Shown here one piece after another: positions 32,959 to 42,791 of a stretch of DNA of 64,000 nucleotides. The stretch's first letter is position 1, and each line of letters begins with the position of its first letter. The translations under genes were made by a program, and so were the position numbers. This stretch comes from Alphaproteobacteria bacterium. GTDB taxonomy: Bacteria > Pseudomonadota > Alphaproteobacteria > UBA6615. Location of the stretch: contig SHVS01000008.1 in assembly GCA_009694135.1 (NCBI GenBank), positions 2,716 to 66,715 on the forward strand, written 5' to 3'. The notes below the pieces were generated by a model. It saw only the letters and a program-made list of their open reading frames with translations. It had not been told where the DNA came from and made no database searches.

Positions 32959-34875
32959 CTACTCCGGCAGCCCGGCCTTGCGCAGCCCATCGGCGAAGTG
33001 ATCGATGTCGGATTTCCGGCGCCAGCGCACCACCATCACCGCAGTCTCATCGTGCACGGTGTAATTCGGCTGCAGTTTCAGTAAATCCGCGACGGCCGCC
33101 TTGCCGGCCGCGGCCTGACACATTTGGCCGGCGGCGGCGATGCGCGTCAGGATGCACGACGTGTTCGTCGGCTCGCAGCGTTTCGCCATCACCACCGCCT
33201 GCGCGTAATTCTTCGCCAGAAACAGCGCCTTGGCATAGCTCGGAAAGCCGCTCGGCGATTGAAACGGATCGAGCTCCATGCGTTTGGCGCCCAATTCTAC
33301 GGCCTTTTCCGGAAAACCGGAGCGGAACAGGATCGCGGCGGCGATTTGCAAAACGTCTACATCGTTGGAGTTGAGGCGCAACGCCCGTTCCAACTCCACC
33401 ACTGCCTCGTCGTGGCGTCCGAGCTGGGTCAAGGCATTGCCGAACACCACATGCGTATAGGCATCGCCCGGGTCGAGAGCAACGGCGCGCGCGGCGGTCG
33501 CAAGCATCAGCTCGGCCAGCGCCGGCGTGCCCCATTCCTCGGTGTAACGGATGACCAGAAACGAGTTGTAAGAATCTGCCAAGCGCGCCACCGCCGGGGC
33601 ATAAGTGGGGTCGATCTCAATGGCTCGCTCCAGCGCTTGCCGCCCTTTGATTGCGTTCTCCTTGCCGCCTTTCAACTTGAATTCGCGGCCTTGCAGGGTG
33701 AGGTCATAGGCGTCGAGTTTTTACGGCCCCTTGGCGGCAATGGCTTTTCGTTCCGCCTGATCAACATAGGCCGCGAGCGAGGACACCACCTTCTGCGTGA
33801 TCTCGTCCTGAACGGCGAAGATGTCCTTATACGGCCGATCGTAACGCTCGGCCCACAGATGCGCCCCGGTCGCGGTCTCGATCAACTGCGCGGTGACGCG
33901 GATCTTGTCGCCGTCGCGCCGCACACTGCCTTCGAGAACATAGCCGACGCCCAACTCGCGGCCGACTTGCTTGATATCGACGTTCTGGCCCTTGTAGCGG
34001 AATGACGAATTGCGGGAGATCACCTTCAGCCCGGAAAAGCGCGACAGCCCGGTCAGAATGTCGTCGGAAATTCCGTCGCTGAAATACTCCTGCTCGGGAT
34101 CGCCGGTGCTATTGGTGAAGGCCAGAACGGCGATCCCCGCCTCCTGGTCAGTTGTCTGCACCGGGGCGGCCGTGCGCGACGCGACCACCGCCGTCGCTGG
34201 CAGCGACGAGGGTGCCGCGCGCCACGGCGCCCACGACAGGACACCTAGCGCCACAAGCAGCGCTGCGCCGGCGCCGATCGCGGCAAAGGGCGTCTCTCGG
34301 TTGCGGGACAGCGCCCGACCGCTCGTCGCCAGCGCCTGCGCCGACATCGCCTCGGCGGTGAAGCGCACGCGATGCGCGCGCACCGGACGCGGGATGTTCT
34401 TGAGCGCTTGCTCGCCGAGGTCGTCGAAAGCGAGCTTGAGCTTGCCTTCGACCTGCTCGCGCACATTGCCGGCGATGACGATCCCACCCGGCTCGGCGAG
34501 TCCTTCCAGCCGCGCGGCGATGTTAACGCCGTCGCCGAGGAGATTGTCGCCTTCGACCATGACATCGCCGACGGCGACGCCGATGCGATAGACGATGCGC
34601 TGCGCCTCCGGCCGCTCGGCCTGACGCAGCCGGATGATGATCTGCAGATCGATGGCGGCGGAGAGCGCATCGACCACCGAGCCGAATTCGGCCAGCACGC
34701 TGTCGCCGGCGGTGCCGAAGATGCGCCCGCCATGGCGCGCGATCAGCGGGTCGATCAGCGCGCGGCAGGCGCGCAACGCCCTGACCGTGCCGGATTCATC
34801 CGCCGCCACCAGCCGGCTATAACCGACCACATCGGCCGCCAGAATCGAGGTGAGTCTGCGCTGGTCTTTAGCCAT
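32959..34875 (-). pseudogene. class III adenylate/guanylate cyclase with TM, periplasmic TolB-N-like module and TPR repeats, interrupted by one in-frame TAA
   Basis: ORFs 33721-34875 (cyclase catalytic domain: ILAADVVGYSRL...GDSVLAEF) and 32959-33675 (TPR) are in the same frame. The reading ...AAKGP-TAA-KLDAYDLTLQGREFKLKGGKEN continues through a single stop at 33721-33723. Confidence 0.6.
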
Positions 34876-34936
34876 TCCGCCTCCTGCGAGTGAGTCTAAG
34901 GCAGGGCGGCGGAAGCGTCACACGTGTTTTGGCCGG

Positions 34937-35623
34937 CTAGTCGGCGTGCTTGCGGCCGTCGAGCATGGCCTTGACCAGGTTTTCGCGGTGCACCCAACTG
35001 GCGAGCAGCACCGCGGCGATGTGCAGAAGCACTAGAATCAGCGTCAGATTGACGGTGAGTTCATGCAAGCCGCGCGCCGCGCGCACCACGGGCGAGAAGC
35101 GGTTGCCCGCGCGCTCACCCTCCGTGAAGCGACGCTCAACACCTGCGGGCGGTGTGCGCGGCGTCTGACCCGCGGGCCGCGCGACTTGTGGCGCCTTGGC
35201 GACGAAGCTGGCGAACGGCCCGGCGCCGTCGCTGACGGCATAAAGCTGCATCCCGGTATAGGTGACGGCGAGCAATCCGGAGAGCAGGGCTAAGACCATC
35301 CAGCCGCCGGCCGGGCTATGGCCCAGATGGCGCTCGGCCCGCTTTCCGAACAGCGCCACGAGATAGGAGAGGCTTTGCAGCGGCCAGGTGACGAAGTCGC
35401 TGAAGCGTGCGTGCCGCGGCCCGATGAAGCCCCAGACGATGCGCGCCACGACCACGACGCCGACCCCATAGCCGGCCAAAACATGCAGCGCGATCGGCTC
35501 ATCGAAGACATAGGCAATGGCGAAGGCGAGCACGACACTCCAATGCGCGCTCCGCACGAAGGGGTCCCACACCTTGACCCAGCGCGTCTCAGTCTGTGAT
35601 CCCACAACTTGCGTGGCGGTCAT
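34937..35623 (-). CDS. cytochrome b561 / Ni-Fe-hydrogenase b-type cytochrome family membrane protein
   Basis: VWDPFVRSAHWSVVLAFAIAY... with four TM segments and conserved His residues. Confidence 0.7.
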   Translation of the reverse strand: MTATQVVGSQTETRWVKVWDPFVRSAHWSVVLAFAIAYVFDEPIALHVLAGYGVGVVVVARIVWGFIGPRHARFSDFVTWPLQSLSYLVALFGKRAERHLGHSPAGGWMVLALLSGLLAVTYTGMQLYAVSDGAGPFASFVAKAPQVARPAGQTPRTPPAGVERRFTEGERAGNRFSPVVRAARGLHELTVNLTLILVLLHIAAVLLASWVHRENLVKAMLDGRKHAD

Positions 35624-35703
35624 GCCGCGCCTCCTTGGTCTGTCAGTCTAGGCATCGGCGGACACTTGGCCTTGAAACGGATCAGCGGCGCACCGCTCGC
35701 TCG

Positions 35704-36693
35704 CTAGAACATCGTCTCGATCACGCGATCGGGCGGGTTGTGGCCGTCGATCAGGCTCTTGATATTGATGATCACCTTCTCGCCCATGTCGCGCCGGCCT
35801 TCGATGGTCGATGAGCCCATATGCGGCAGCAGCACGACATTTTCGAGCTTGAGCAGCCGCGGGTTGACCGAGGGCTCCTGCTCGAACACGTCGAGCCCGG
35901 CCCCGGCGATCTTGCCGGCGGCGAGAAGCTCGGCCAGCGCTCCTTCGTCGATCACCTCGCCGCGCGAGGTGTTCACGATATAAGCGTGCGGCTGCATGAG
36001 CTGCAGCCGGCGGCGCGAGAGCAGGTGAAAGGTCGCCGGTGTGTGCGGGCAATTGACCGACACGATATCAACGTGGCGCAGCATCTGGTCGAGCGACTCC
36101 CAATAGGTCGCCTCCAGCTCGGCCACGAGGGCTTCGGGCGCCGGCTTGCGGTTGTGGTAATGCACCGCCAAGCCGAAGCCGCGCGCGCGGCGCGCGACCG
36201 CCGCGCCGATCCGCCCCATGCCGACGATGCCCAGCCGCTTGCCCCAAATGCGGCGGCCGAGCATCCAGGTCGGCGACCAGCCGCGCCACTTGCCGGCGCG
36301 CAACACGCGCTCGCCCTCGGCCAGCCGGCGCGGCACGGCGAGGATCAGCGCCATGGTCATGTCGGCGGTGTCTTCGGTCAGCACGCCCGGCGTATTGGTG
36401 ACGATAATGTTCTTCGCCCGCGCGGCGGCTAGGTCGATGTTGTCGACGCCGGTGCCGAAATTGGCGATCAGTTTCATCTCCGGCCCGGCGAGCTTGAGCA
36501 CTTCGGCGTCGAGCTTGTCGGTGACGGTGGAGACGATCACGGTCGCGGTCTTGAACGCCTCGATCAGCTCGACGCGCGACAAGGGCTTGTCGGCCTCATT
36601 GAGCCGGGTGTTGAACAGTTCCTTCATCCGCACCTCGACGGCGTCGGGGAGCTTGCGGGTAACGATCACGAGCGGTTTGGCGGCGCTGGTCAT
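35704..36693 (-). CDS. D-2-hydroxyacid dehydrogenase (glyoxylate/hydroxypyruvate reductase-like)
   Basis: NAD-binding GIVGMGRIGAAVARRA and catalytic NTSRG...D ... PHMGSST motifs. Confidence 0.85.
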   Translation of the reverse strand: MTSAAKPLVIVTRKLPDAVEVRMKELFNTRLNEADKPLSRVELIEAFKTATVIVSTVTDKLDAEVLKLAGPEMKLIANFGTGVDNIDLAAARAKNIIVTNTPGVLTEDTADMTMALILAVPRRLAEGERVLRAGKWRGWSPTWMLGRRIWGKRLGIVGMGRIGAAVARRARGFGLAVHYHNRKPAPEALVAELEATYWESLDQMLRHVDIVSVNCPHTPATFHLLSRRRLQLMQPHAYIVNTSRGEVIDEGALAELLAAGKIAGAGLDVFEQEPSVNPRLLKLENVVLLPHMGSSTIEGRRDMGEKVIINIKSLIDGHNPPDRVIETMF

Positions 36694-36815
36694 GGGGGGA
36701 TCGCGTCCAGGTCGCAGTCAAAAGTTTTGGTCGGCGGCACTCTAACCGAACCCACGGAGTTTTCTATCCCAAAAGGGCCTTGCCTACCGTGGCCCTCGAG
36801 GCGCAAGCGGAGGCC

Positions 36816-37550
36816 ATGACGCGGGCATCCTTCAGGCCGCTTGCCGCTTGGCCGCGTGTCGTCGGGCATCGCGGCGCGGCGGCGCTGGCGCCGGAGAATA
36901 CGCTGGCCGGGATGCACATGGCGGCCAGGGCCGGTGCGCGCGCGGTCGAACTCGACCTGCGGCTCGCGGCCGACGGCGCGGTGGTGGTGCTGCATGACGC
37001 GACACTCGAGCGCACAACCGACGGCTGCGGTCTGGCGCGCCGGCTGAACCTGGCCGCGATCCGCGCCGCAGACGCCGGGGCATGGTTCGGCCCCGCGTTT
37101 GCCGGCGAGCCTGTACCGCTCCTGAGCGAAGCCCTGGCCCTGGCCCGCGATCTTGGCCTCGCCGTGAACCTGGAGCTCAAAGCCGATCGCGGGATGGCGG
37201 TCGCAACCGGCCGCGCGGTCGCGGCGGCGCTCAAGCGCTCGCGCTCGCGGCCAAAGCTCCTGCTGTCGAGCTTTTCGCCACGCTGCCTAGCCGCCGCCGG
37301 GGAGTTCCCGCGCGCTTTGATCGTCGGGCGCGGAACCGCTCGCGCCTGGATCAAGACGGCTCGCGCGCTCGACGCGCAGGCGGTCCATGTCCGTTATGCG
37401 TTGCTTGATCGCGTTTCAATCGCCGCGCTGCACGAAGCCGGGCTGGCTGTTGGCGCCTATACGGTCAACGCCAAGCCGCGCGCCAAAATGCTGTTCGGCT
37501 TAGGCGTGGATTACGTCTTCACCGACGATCCGCGGCGGATCCGGGCTTAG
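36816..37550 (+). CDS. ugpQ: glycerophosphodiester phosphodiesterase
   Basis: VGHRGAAALAPENTLAG and ELDLRL..DG..VVLHD motifs. I chose the ATG at 36816, which has a GGAGG Shine-Dalgarno. Confidence 0.82.
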   Translation: MTRASFRPLAAWPRVVGHRGAAALAPENTLAGMHMAARAGARAVELDLRLAADGAVVVLHDATLERTTDGCGLARRLNLAAIRAADAGAWFGPAFAGEPVPLLSEALALARDLGLAVNLELKADRGMAVATGRAVAAALKRSRSRPKLLLSSFSPRCLAAAGEFPRALIVGRGTARAWIKTARALDAQAVHVRYALLDRVSIAALHEAGLAVGAYTVNAKPRAKMLFGLGVDYVFTDDPRRIRA

Positions 37551-37556
37551 GCCGCG

Positions 37557-38399
37557 CTACTTGCCGTTGGCGTCGCCGTTCGTCTTGTCGGCCGGCGGCA
37601 CCCCGATGGCGTGGAAGCCGCCATCGACGTAATGAATTTCTCCGGTCACCGCGCGCGACAGCGGCGACAGCAGATACAGCGCCGAACCGCCGACGTCTTC
37701 CAGCTCGACATTGCGCCGCAGCGGCGCGTGCTTGCGATAGTGATTGTAGACGTAGCGCGCATCGCCGACGGCCGAACCGGCCAGGGTGCGCATCGGCCCG
37801 GCCGAGAGCGCATTGACGCGAATGCCCTGCGGCCCGAGATCGGCGGCGAGATAGCGTACGCTGGCTTCAAGCGCCGCCTTGGCCACGCCCATGACGTTGT
37901 AGTTGGGCATCACGCGCTGTGCCCCCTCGAAGGTGAGCGTCAGCAGGCTGCCGCCATCGCGCATCAGCACGGCCGCGCGCCGCGCCACATCGGTGAAGGA
38001 GAAGCACGAGATCAGCAGCGTGCGGCTGAAATTCTCCGCGATGGTGTCGACATAGCGGCCCTTGAGCGCTTCGCGATCCGAATAGGCGATGGCGTGCACG
38101 ACGAAATCGAGCCCGCCCCAGGCCTTGCCCACCGCGTCGAAGACGGCATCCAGGCTCGCGCGGTCTTCGACATCGCAGGGCGCGATCACGCCGGCGCCGA
38201 GCGATTCCGCCAGCGGCCGGACGCGGCGCTCGAAGGCTTCGCCCTGATAGGTGAAGGCGAGTTCCGCCCCGGCGCCAAAGGCGGCGCGCGCGATGCCCCA
38301 GGCGATCGAATGATCGTTGGCGACACCCATGATCAGCCCGCGCTTGCCGGTCAGAAGGCCCGGCGACTGGGTCACGGTCGTGCGCGGCATGACGGTCAA
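37557..38399 (-). CDS. fabI: enoyl-ACP reductase (NADH)
   Basis: [20 protein letters not shown] ... [19 protein letters not shown] (Y-x6-K) ... SAGPMRTLA. Confidence 0.93.
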   Translation of the reverse strand: MTVMPRTTVTQSPGLLTGKRGLIMGVANDHSIAWGIARAAFGAGAELAFTYQGEAFERRVRPLAESLGAGVIAPCDVEDRASLDAVFDAVGKAWGGLDFVVHAIAYSDREALKGRYVDTIAENFSRTLLISCFSFTDVARRAAVLMRDGGSLLTLTFEGAQRVMPNYNVMGVAKAALEASVRYLAADLGPQGIRVNALSAGPMRTLAGSAVGDARYVYNHYRKHAPLRRNVELEDVGGSALYLLSPLSRAVTGEIHYVDGGFHAIGVPPADKTNGDANGK

Positions 38400-39610
38400 T
38401 CGAGCCTCCGGAACACAAGCGAAGCGTTGGTGCCGCCAAAGCCGAAGCTGTTCGACATGGCCAGGGTGAGATCGATGTCGTCGATGCGCGTGCGCGCGAT
38501 CGGCATGCCGTCGGCCTCGGGTTCAAGATTTTCGATATTGGCCGAGGCGGCGATGAAGCGGTGTTTTATCATCAAAAGCGAGTAGATCGCCTCGCACACG
38601 CCGGCGGCGCCGAGCGCATGGCCGGTGAGCGCCTTGGTCGAATTGATCGTCGGCAGGTAATTGCCGAAGGCCTGGCGGATCGCCTTGAGTTCGGCCAGAT
38701 CGCCGACCGGCGTGCCGGTGCCATGCGTGTTGATGTAGTCGATCGGCTCCTTCAAGCCCTGCATTGCCAGTTTCATGCAGCGCATCGCGCCCTCGCCCGA
38801 AGGCGCCACCATGTCGGCGCCGTCGGAGGTGGCGGCATAGCCGACCAGCTCGCCGTAAATCTTCGCCCCGCGGGCGCGCGCGTGCTCCAGCTCCTCGAGC
38901 ACCACCACGCCGCCGCCGGCCGAGATGACGAAACCGTCGCGATCGCGATCGAACGGGCGCGACGCCTTAGTCGGCGTGTCGTTGTACTTCGAGGACAGCG
39001 CCGGCATGGCATCGAACAGCACGGTCAGCGACCAGTGCAGCTCCTCGCCGCCGCCGGCGAACATTCTGTCCTGCTTGCCCATCTGGATCAGCTCGGCGGC
39101 ATTGCCGATGCAATGCGCCGAAGTCGCGCAGGCGGAGCTGATCGAATAGGACAGGCCCTTGATCTTGAACCACGTGCTCAAGGTCGCCGAGCAGGTCGAA
39201 GACATGGCGCGCGGCACCATGAACGGCCCGACGCGCTTGGCGCCCTTCTGCCGCGTGGTGTCGGCGGCATTGACCAGATTCGAGGTCGATGGCCCGCCCG
39301 AGCCCATGATCAGGCCGGTGCGTTCGTTGGACACCTCGGCCGCTGTGAGGCCGGCGTCGGCGATCGCCTCGTCCATCGCGATGTGATTATAGGCGGCGGC
39401 ATCGCCCATGAAGCGGCGCGCACGGCGGTCGATCAGCTTTTCCAGGTCGATCACGACCGGCGCATGCACATGGCTGCGGAAGCCAAGCTCCTGGTACTCG
39501 CTCGAGCCCGTGAGGCCGGAGCGGCCGTCGCGCAGCGACTGCAACACCTCGCGCTGGTTGTTGCCGATCGAGGAGACGATGCCAATTCCGGTAACGACGA
39601 CGCGCCGCAT
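38396..39610 (-). CDS. fabB: beta-ketoacyl-ACP synthase I
   Basis: [18 protein letters not shown]..., active-site [13 protein letters not shown], and HGTGTPVGD / GHALGAAG motifs. It is paired with fabA. GGGAGG Shine-Dalgarno. Confidence 0.93.
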   Translation of the reverse strand: MRRVVVTGIGIVSSIGNNQREVLQSLRDGRSGLTGSSEYQELGFRSHVHAPVVIDLEKLIDRRARRFMGDAAAYNHIAMDEAIADAGLTAAEVSNERTGLIMGSGGPSTSNLVNAADTTRQKGAKRVGPFMVPRAMSSTCSATLSTWFKIKGLSYSISSACATSAHCIGNAAELIQMGKQDRMFAGGGEELHWSLTVLFDAMPALSSKYNDTPTKASRPFDRDRDGFVISAGGGVVVLEELEHARARGAKIYGELVGYAATSDGADMVAPSGEGAMRCMKLAMQGLKEPIDYINTHGTGTPVGDLAELKAIRQAFGNYLPTINSTKALTGHALGAAGVCEAIYSLLMIKHRFIAASANIENLEPEADGMPIARTRIDDIDLTLAMSNSFGFGGTNASLVFRRLD

Positions 39611-39636
39611 TGAGATGCCTCCCAATTATTGCGCCG

Positions 39637-40170
39637 CTAGGCAGGGCGAGCGACGGGAAACAACCCGACACGCAGATCCTTGGCCTCGTGCACTTTCTTG
39701 CCATCGAGGAAGGCGATGCCGTCGGCGACCGCGAGCGTGAACGCGCGCTTGATCACCTTCTTGACGTGAATGTGGTAGCGCAGCGTATGGCCGGTGGGGG
39801 TCACTTCGCCCGCGAATTTGACCTCGCCGACGCCCAGCGCCCGTCCCGGACCGGGCTGGCCGAGCCAGCCGAGGAAAAAGCCGAGCATCTGCCACAGCGC
39901 GTCGAGCCCCAGGCAGCCGGGCATCACCGGGTCGTTGTGAAAATGGCAGGCGAAGTACCACTCATTCGGGCCGATGTCCTTTTCGGCAACGATCTCGCCA
40001 TGCCCGTGCTCGCCGCCGGCGCTCGTGATCCGAATGATGCGATCGAACATCAGCATCGGCGGCAGCGGCAGCTTGGCATTGCCGGCGCCGAACAACTCGC
40101 CGCGCGCGCAGCGGAGCAAGTCTTCCTTGGAAAAGCTCGTCCGCTCGCTGACCTTGTCGTCCGCTTGCAC
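39637..40170 (-). CDS. fabA: 3-hydroxydecanoyl-ACP dehydratase/isomerase
   Basis: LPLPPMLMFDRI...WYFACHFHNDPVMPGCLGLDALWQ catalytic region. Confidence 0.95.
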   Translation of the reverse strand: MQADDKVSERTSFSKEDLLRCARGELFGAGNAKLPLPPMLMFDRIIRITSAGGEHGHGEIVAEKDIGPNEWYFACHFHNDPVMPGCLGLDALWQMLGFFLGWLGQPGPGRALGVGEVKFAGEVTPTGHTLRYHIHVKKVIKRAFTLAVADGIAFLDGKKVHEAKDLRVGLFPVARPA

Positions 40171-40355
40171 TATGCGACCTCGACCGCTTGGGGCGTTGTC
40201 CAGGGGATCAGTTTACCACGACATGGCGGCAACGGTACCACCGGACATCGATTGTCAGGCGCCGCGCCCAGCTGTCAAAGCCCGGCTTCCATTAGCCGAG
40301 TTTGTCTCCTATATTGGGTTACTATGCGCTTCTGCAACCCCAATTGGCCAACCCC

Positions 40356-40793
40356 ATGATCCGCCGGAGTCTGCGCGCGGGCGCCCCACTGCTCCAGGCC
40401 ATGGAGCAGTTGAAGACGGTCGGGCTGCGCCCCACCCGCCAGCGGCTCGCGCTTGCCCAGCTGTTATTCGAACGCAGCTCGCGCCACGTGACCGCCGAGC
40501 AGCTGCATGGCGAGGCGCGGGGCGCCGCCGTGCGCGTGTCGCTCGCCACCGTTTACAACACTCTGCATCAGTTCACGAGCGCCGGCCTGCTGCGCGAAGT
40601 GGTGATCGATCCGGGCCGGTCGTATTTCGACACCAACACAAGCGACCACCATCATTTCTACGACCAGGCGCATTGCGCTCTGTCCGACATCCCCGGCCAT
40701 GCGGTATCCCTGGCCTTTCTACCGCAGGCGCCCGACGGCTCGGTGGTCGAGCGGGTGGAAGTTATCGTGCATATCCGCAAGGTCCCGCGCTGA
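40356..40793 (+). CDS. irr: Fur-family iron response regulator Irr
   Basis: Fur-family DNA-binding region (GLRPTRQRLALAQLLF...HVTAEQL..., SLATVYNTLHQFTSAGLL) with the internal HHH motif (TSDHHHFYD). It is divergent from fabA-fabB-fabI, as in other alphaproteobacteria. Confidence 0.85.
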   Translation: MIRRSLRAGAPLLQAMEQLKTVGLRPTRQRLALAQLLFERSSRHVTAEQLHGEARGAAVRVSLATVYNTLHQFTSAGLLREVVIDPGRSYFDTNTSDHHHFYDQAHCALSDIPGHAVSLAFLPQAPDGSVVERVEVIVHIRKVPR

Positions 40794-40831
40794 CCTTAAA
40801 ACGCTAAGCGCCCCGCGGCCCGACATAGTTA

Positions 40832-40848
40832 ATTAGAACCATTCTAAT
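40832..40848. promoter_or_regulatory. iron control element (ICE)-type Irr operator, perfect 7-3-7 palindrome ATTAGAA-CCA-TTCTAAT
   Basis: It matches the published ICE consensus TTTAGAA-N3-TTCTAAA at the 12 central positions. It sits 3 nt upstream of a TTGACA hexamer, in front of the rubrerythrin operon. Confidence 0.7.
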
Positions 40849-40851
40849 CTA

Positions 40852-40880
40852 TTGACAGGGTGCTCGGGCGGACCCATAGT
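40852..40880 (+). promoter_or_regulatory. candidate promoter TTGACA-17 nt-CATAGT of the rubrerythrin operon
   Basis: The hexamers are at 40852-40857 and 40875-40880, about 70 nt upstream of the ATG at 40950. Confidence 0.45.
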
Positions 40881-40949
40881 CGCGCGCAGGGTGCTGCCGC
40901 TTCCGGCGCGCTCAAGCGAATCGACGATCCATTGAACAGGAGAGGGCGC

Positions 40950-41369
40950 ATGTCGTCACTCAAGGGCAGCAAGACCGAAAAGAATCTCAAGGACGCGTTT
41001 TCCGGCGAGTCGCAGGCCAATCGCCGCTACCTCTATTTCGCTCAAAAGGCCGACGTCGAAGGCTATAACGACGTCGCCGCCGTGTTCCGCTCGACGGCCG
41101 AAGGCGAGACCGGGCACGCGCACGGCCATCTCGAATTCCTCGAAGCGGTCGGCGACCCGGCCACCGGCAAGCCGATCGGCGACACGCGCAAGAACCTTGC
41201 CGCCGCGATCGCCGGCGAAACCCACGAGTACACCGACATGTACCCGGGCATGGCGAAGACCGCGCGCGCCGAAGGCTTCGACGAAATCGCCGACTGGTTC
41301 GAGACCCTGGCCAAGGCCGAGAAAAGCCACGCCGGCCGTTTCCAGAAGGCTCTCAACGAAGTCTCCTAA
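40950..41369 (+). CDS. rubrerythrin-family diiron protein (four-helix bundle only, no rubredoxin domain)
   Basis: [26 protein letters not shown] with ExxH-type diiron ligand motifs ([24 protein letters not shown]). 139 aa. Confidence 0.88.
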   Translation: MSSLKGSKTEKNLKDAFSGESQANRRYLYFAQKADVEGYNDVAAVFRSTAEGETGHAHGHLEFLEAVGDPATGKPIGDTRKNLAAAIAGETHEYTDMYPGMAKTARAEGFDEIADWFETLAKAEKSHAGRFQKALNEVS

Positions 41370-41438
41370 GGCCGCCATCAATCGGGGGCGGCGCAGCACG
41401 CCGCTCCCGCCCGCTTCGCTCCTAGTTCGAGAGCACGG

Positions 41439-42791
41439 ATGCCGCCACGTGAGGGTAGCCTCGAGCCGCCGCTGCGCCACCCGATCGATTGGCGCGACGC
41501 CAGCTACACCGATCCGACGGCGGTCGAGGCCGAACTGCGGCGGGTGTTCGACATCTGTCACGGCTGCCGGCGCTGCTTCAATCTCTGCGACAGCTTCCCG
41601 CGCCTGTTCGACCTGATCGACAAAGCGCCAACGGGCGAGTTGGATTCGGTCGCCAGCGAAGACTTCGGCCCGGTCGCGGAGGCCTGCACCCTCTGCGACA
41701 TGTGCTTCATGACCAAATGCCCCTATGTGCCGCCGCATGAATTCAATCTCGATTTCCCGCATCTGATGCTGCGCGCGCGCGCGACGGCGGCGAAACAGGG
41801 CGGCGCGTCGTGGATGGCGAAACAACTCACCGCGACCGACCGCAACGGCAAACTCGCGTCCCTCGCGCCCGCGGTGGTGAATTGGGCGAGCCGGCGCGGC
41901 AACGCGCTGACGCGTCCGGCGCTGGAGGCGATCGCTGGCATCGACCGCGATGCGGCGCTGCCCAAGTTCCACAGCCGCACCTTCGTCAGCGAAGCAGCGG
42001 AACCGCTGGCGCCGAATGTGCGCGCGCCGGGATATGGGCGCCAGGCGCTGCTCTTCGCCACCTGCTTCGTCAATTACAACGATCCGGCGATCGGACGCGC
42101 CGCGCGCGCTGTGCTGGCGCATAACGGCGTTGCGGTCGAGGCGTCGTATCCCGGTTGCTGCGGCATGCCGCAATTGGAACAGGGCAATATCGCGCGGGTC
42201 GCGGACTCGGCGGCGCGGGTGGCAAAGGTATTGAGGCCCGCCTTGGACGCGGGCCTAGCGGTGATCGCGCCGATTCCGAGCTGCGCGCTGATGCTCAAAT
42301 TCGAGTGGCCGCTGATTCTGCCCGACAACGACGATGTGCGTGGGTTGGCGAAAGCGACCCGCGATCTGCCGCAATATCTGATGGAGCTGGCGAAATCGCC
42401 CGGCCTCGCGCCTGGATTGAAACCGCTGCCCGGCGGCGTGACCATGCAGCTTGCCTGCCATGCGCGCGCGCAGAACATGGGCGCCAAGGCGGCCGAACTC
42501 CTGCGCCTTATTCCGGAGATCGAGCTGACCGTGATCGAGCGTTGCTCCGGCCATGGCGGCGCCTGGGGCGTGCTCAAGGATAATTTCTCGACCGCGCTTA
42601 AAATCGGGCAGCCGGTCGCGGCGAAAGCCGCGTCCGAGACGCGCAAATATCTGGTGTCCGAATGTCCGCTCGCCGCCGAGCACATCCGCCAAGGGATCGA
42701 ACGCCTCGACGCGGCCAAAATGCCCGCGCGCAGCTGGCATCCGATCGAACTGATGGCGCTGTCTTACGGGCTGATCGAGGAGGGCGCGTGA
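41439..42791 (+). CDS. (Fe-S)-binding protein, HdrD/GlpC-like with two CCG domains
   Basis: Two ferredoxin-type motifs ([28 protein letters not shown]) and Cys-rich CCG-type motifs (PGCCGMP, CSGHGG). Confidence 0.8.
   Translation: MPPREGSLEPPLRHPIDWRDASYTDPTAVEAELRRVFDICHGCRRCFNLCDSFPRLFDLIDKAPTGELDSVASEDFGPVAEACTLCDMCFMTKCPYVPPHEFNLDFPHLMLRARATAAKQGGASWMAKQLTATDRNGKLASLAPAVVNWASRRGNALTRPALEAIAGIDRDAALPKFHSRTFVSEAAEPLAPNVRAPGYGRQALLFATCFVNYNDPAIGRAARAVLAHNGVAVEASYPGCCGMPQLEQGNIARVADSAARVAKVLRPALDAGLAVIAPIPSCALMLKFEWPLILPDNDDVRGLAKATRDLPQYLMELAKSPGLAPGLKPLPGGVTMQLACHARAQNMGAKAAELLRLIPEIELTVIERCSGHGGAWGVLKDNFSTALKIGQPVAAKAASETRKYLVSECPLAAEHIRQGIERLDAAKMPARSWHPIELMALSYGLIEEGA

Noticed and set aside
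40171-40355. Irr/Fur operator in the fabA-irr divergent spacer
   Set aside because: I saw only a repeated TGTCA pentamer and TATATT/TACTAT hexamers. There is no ICE-like or Fur-box-like palindrome convincing enough to report.
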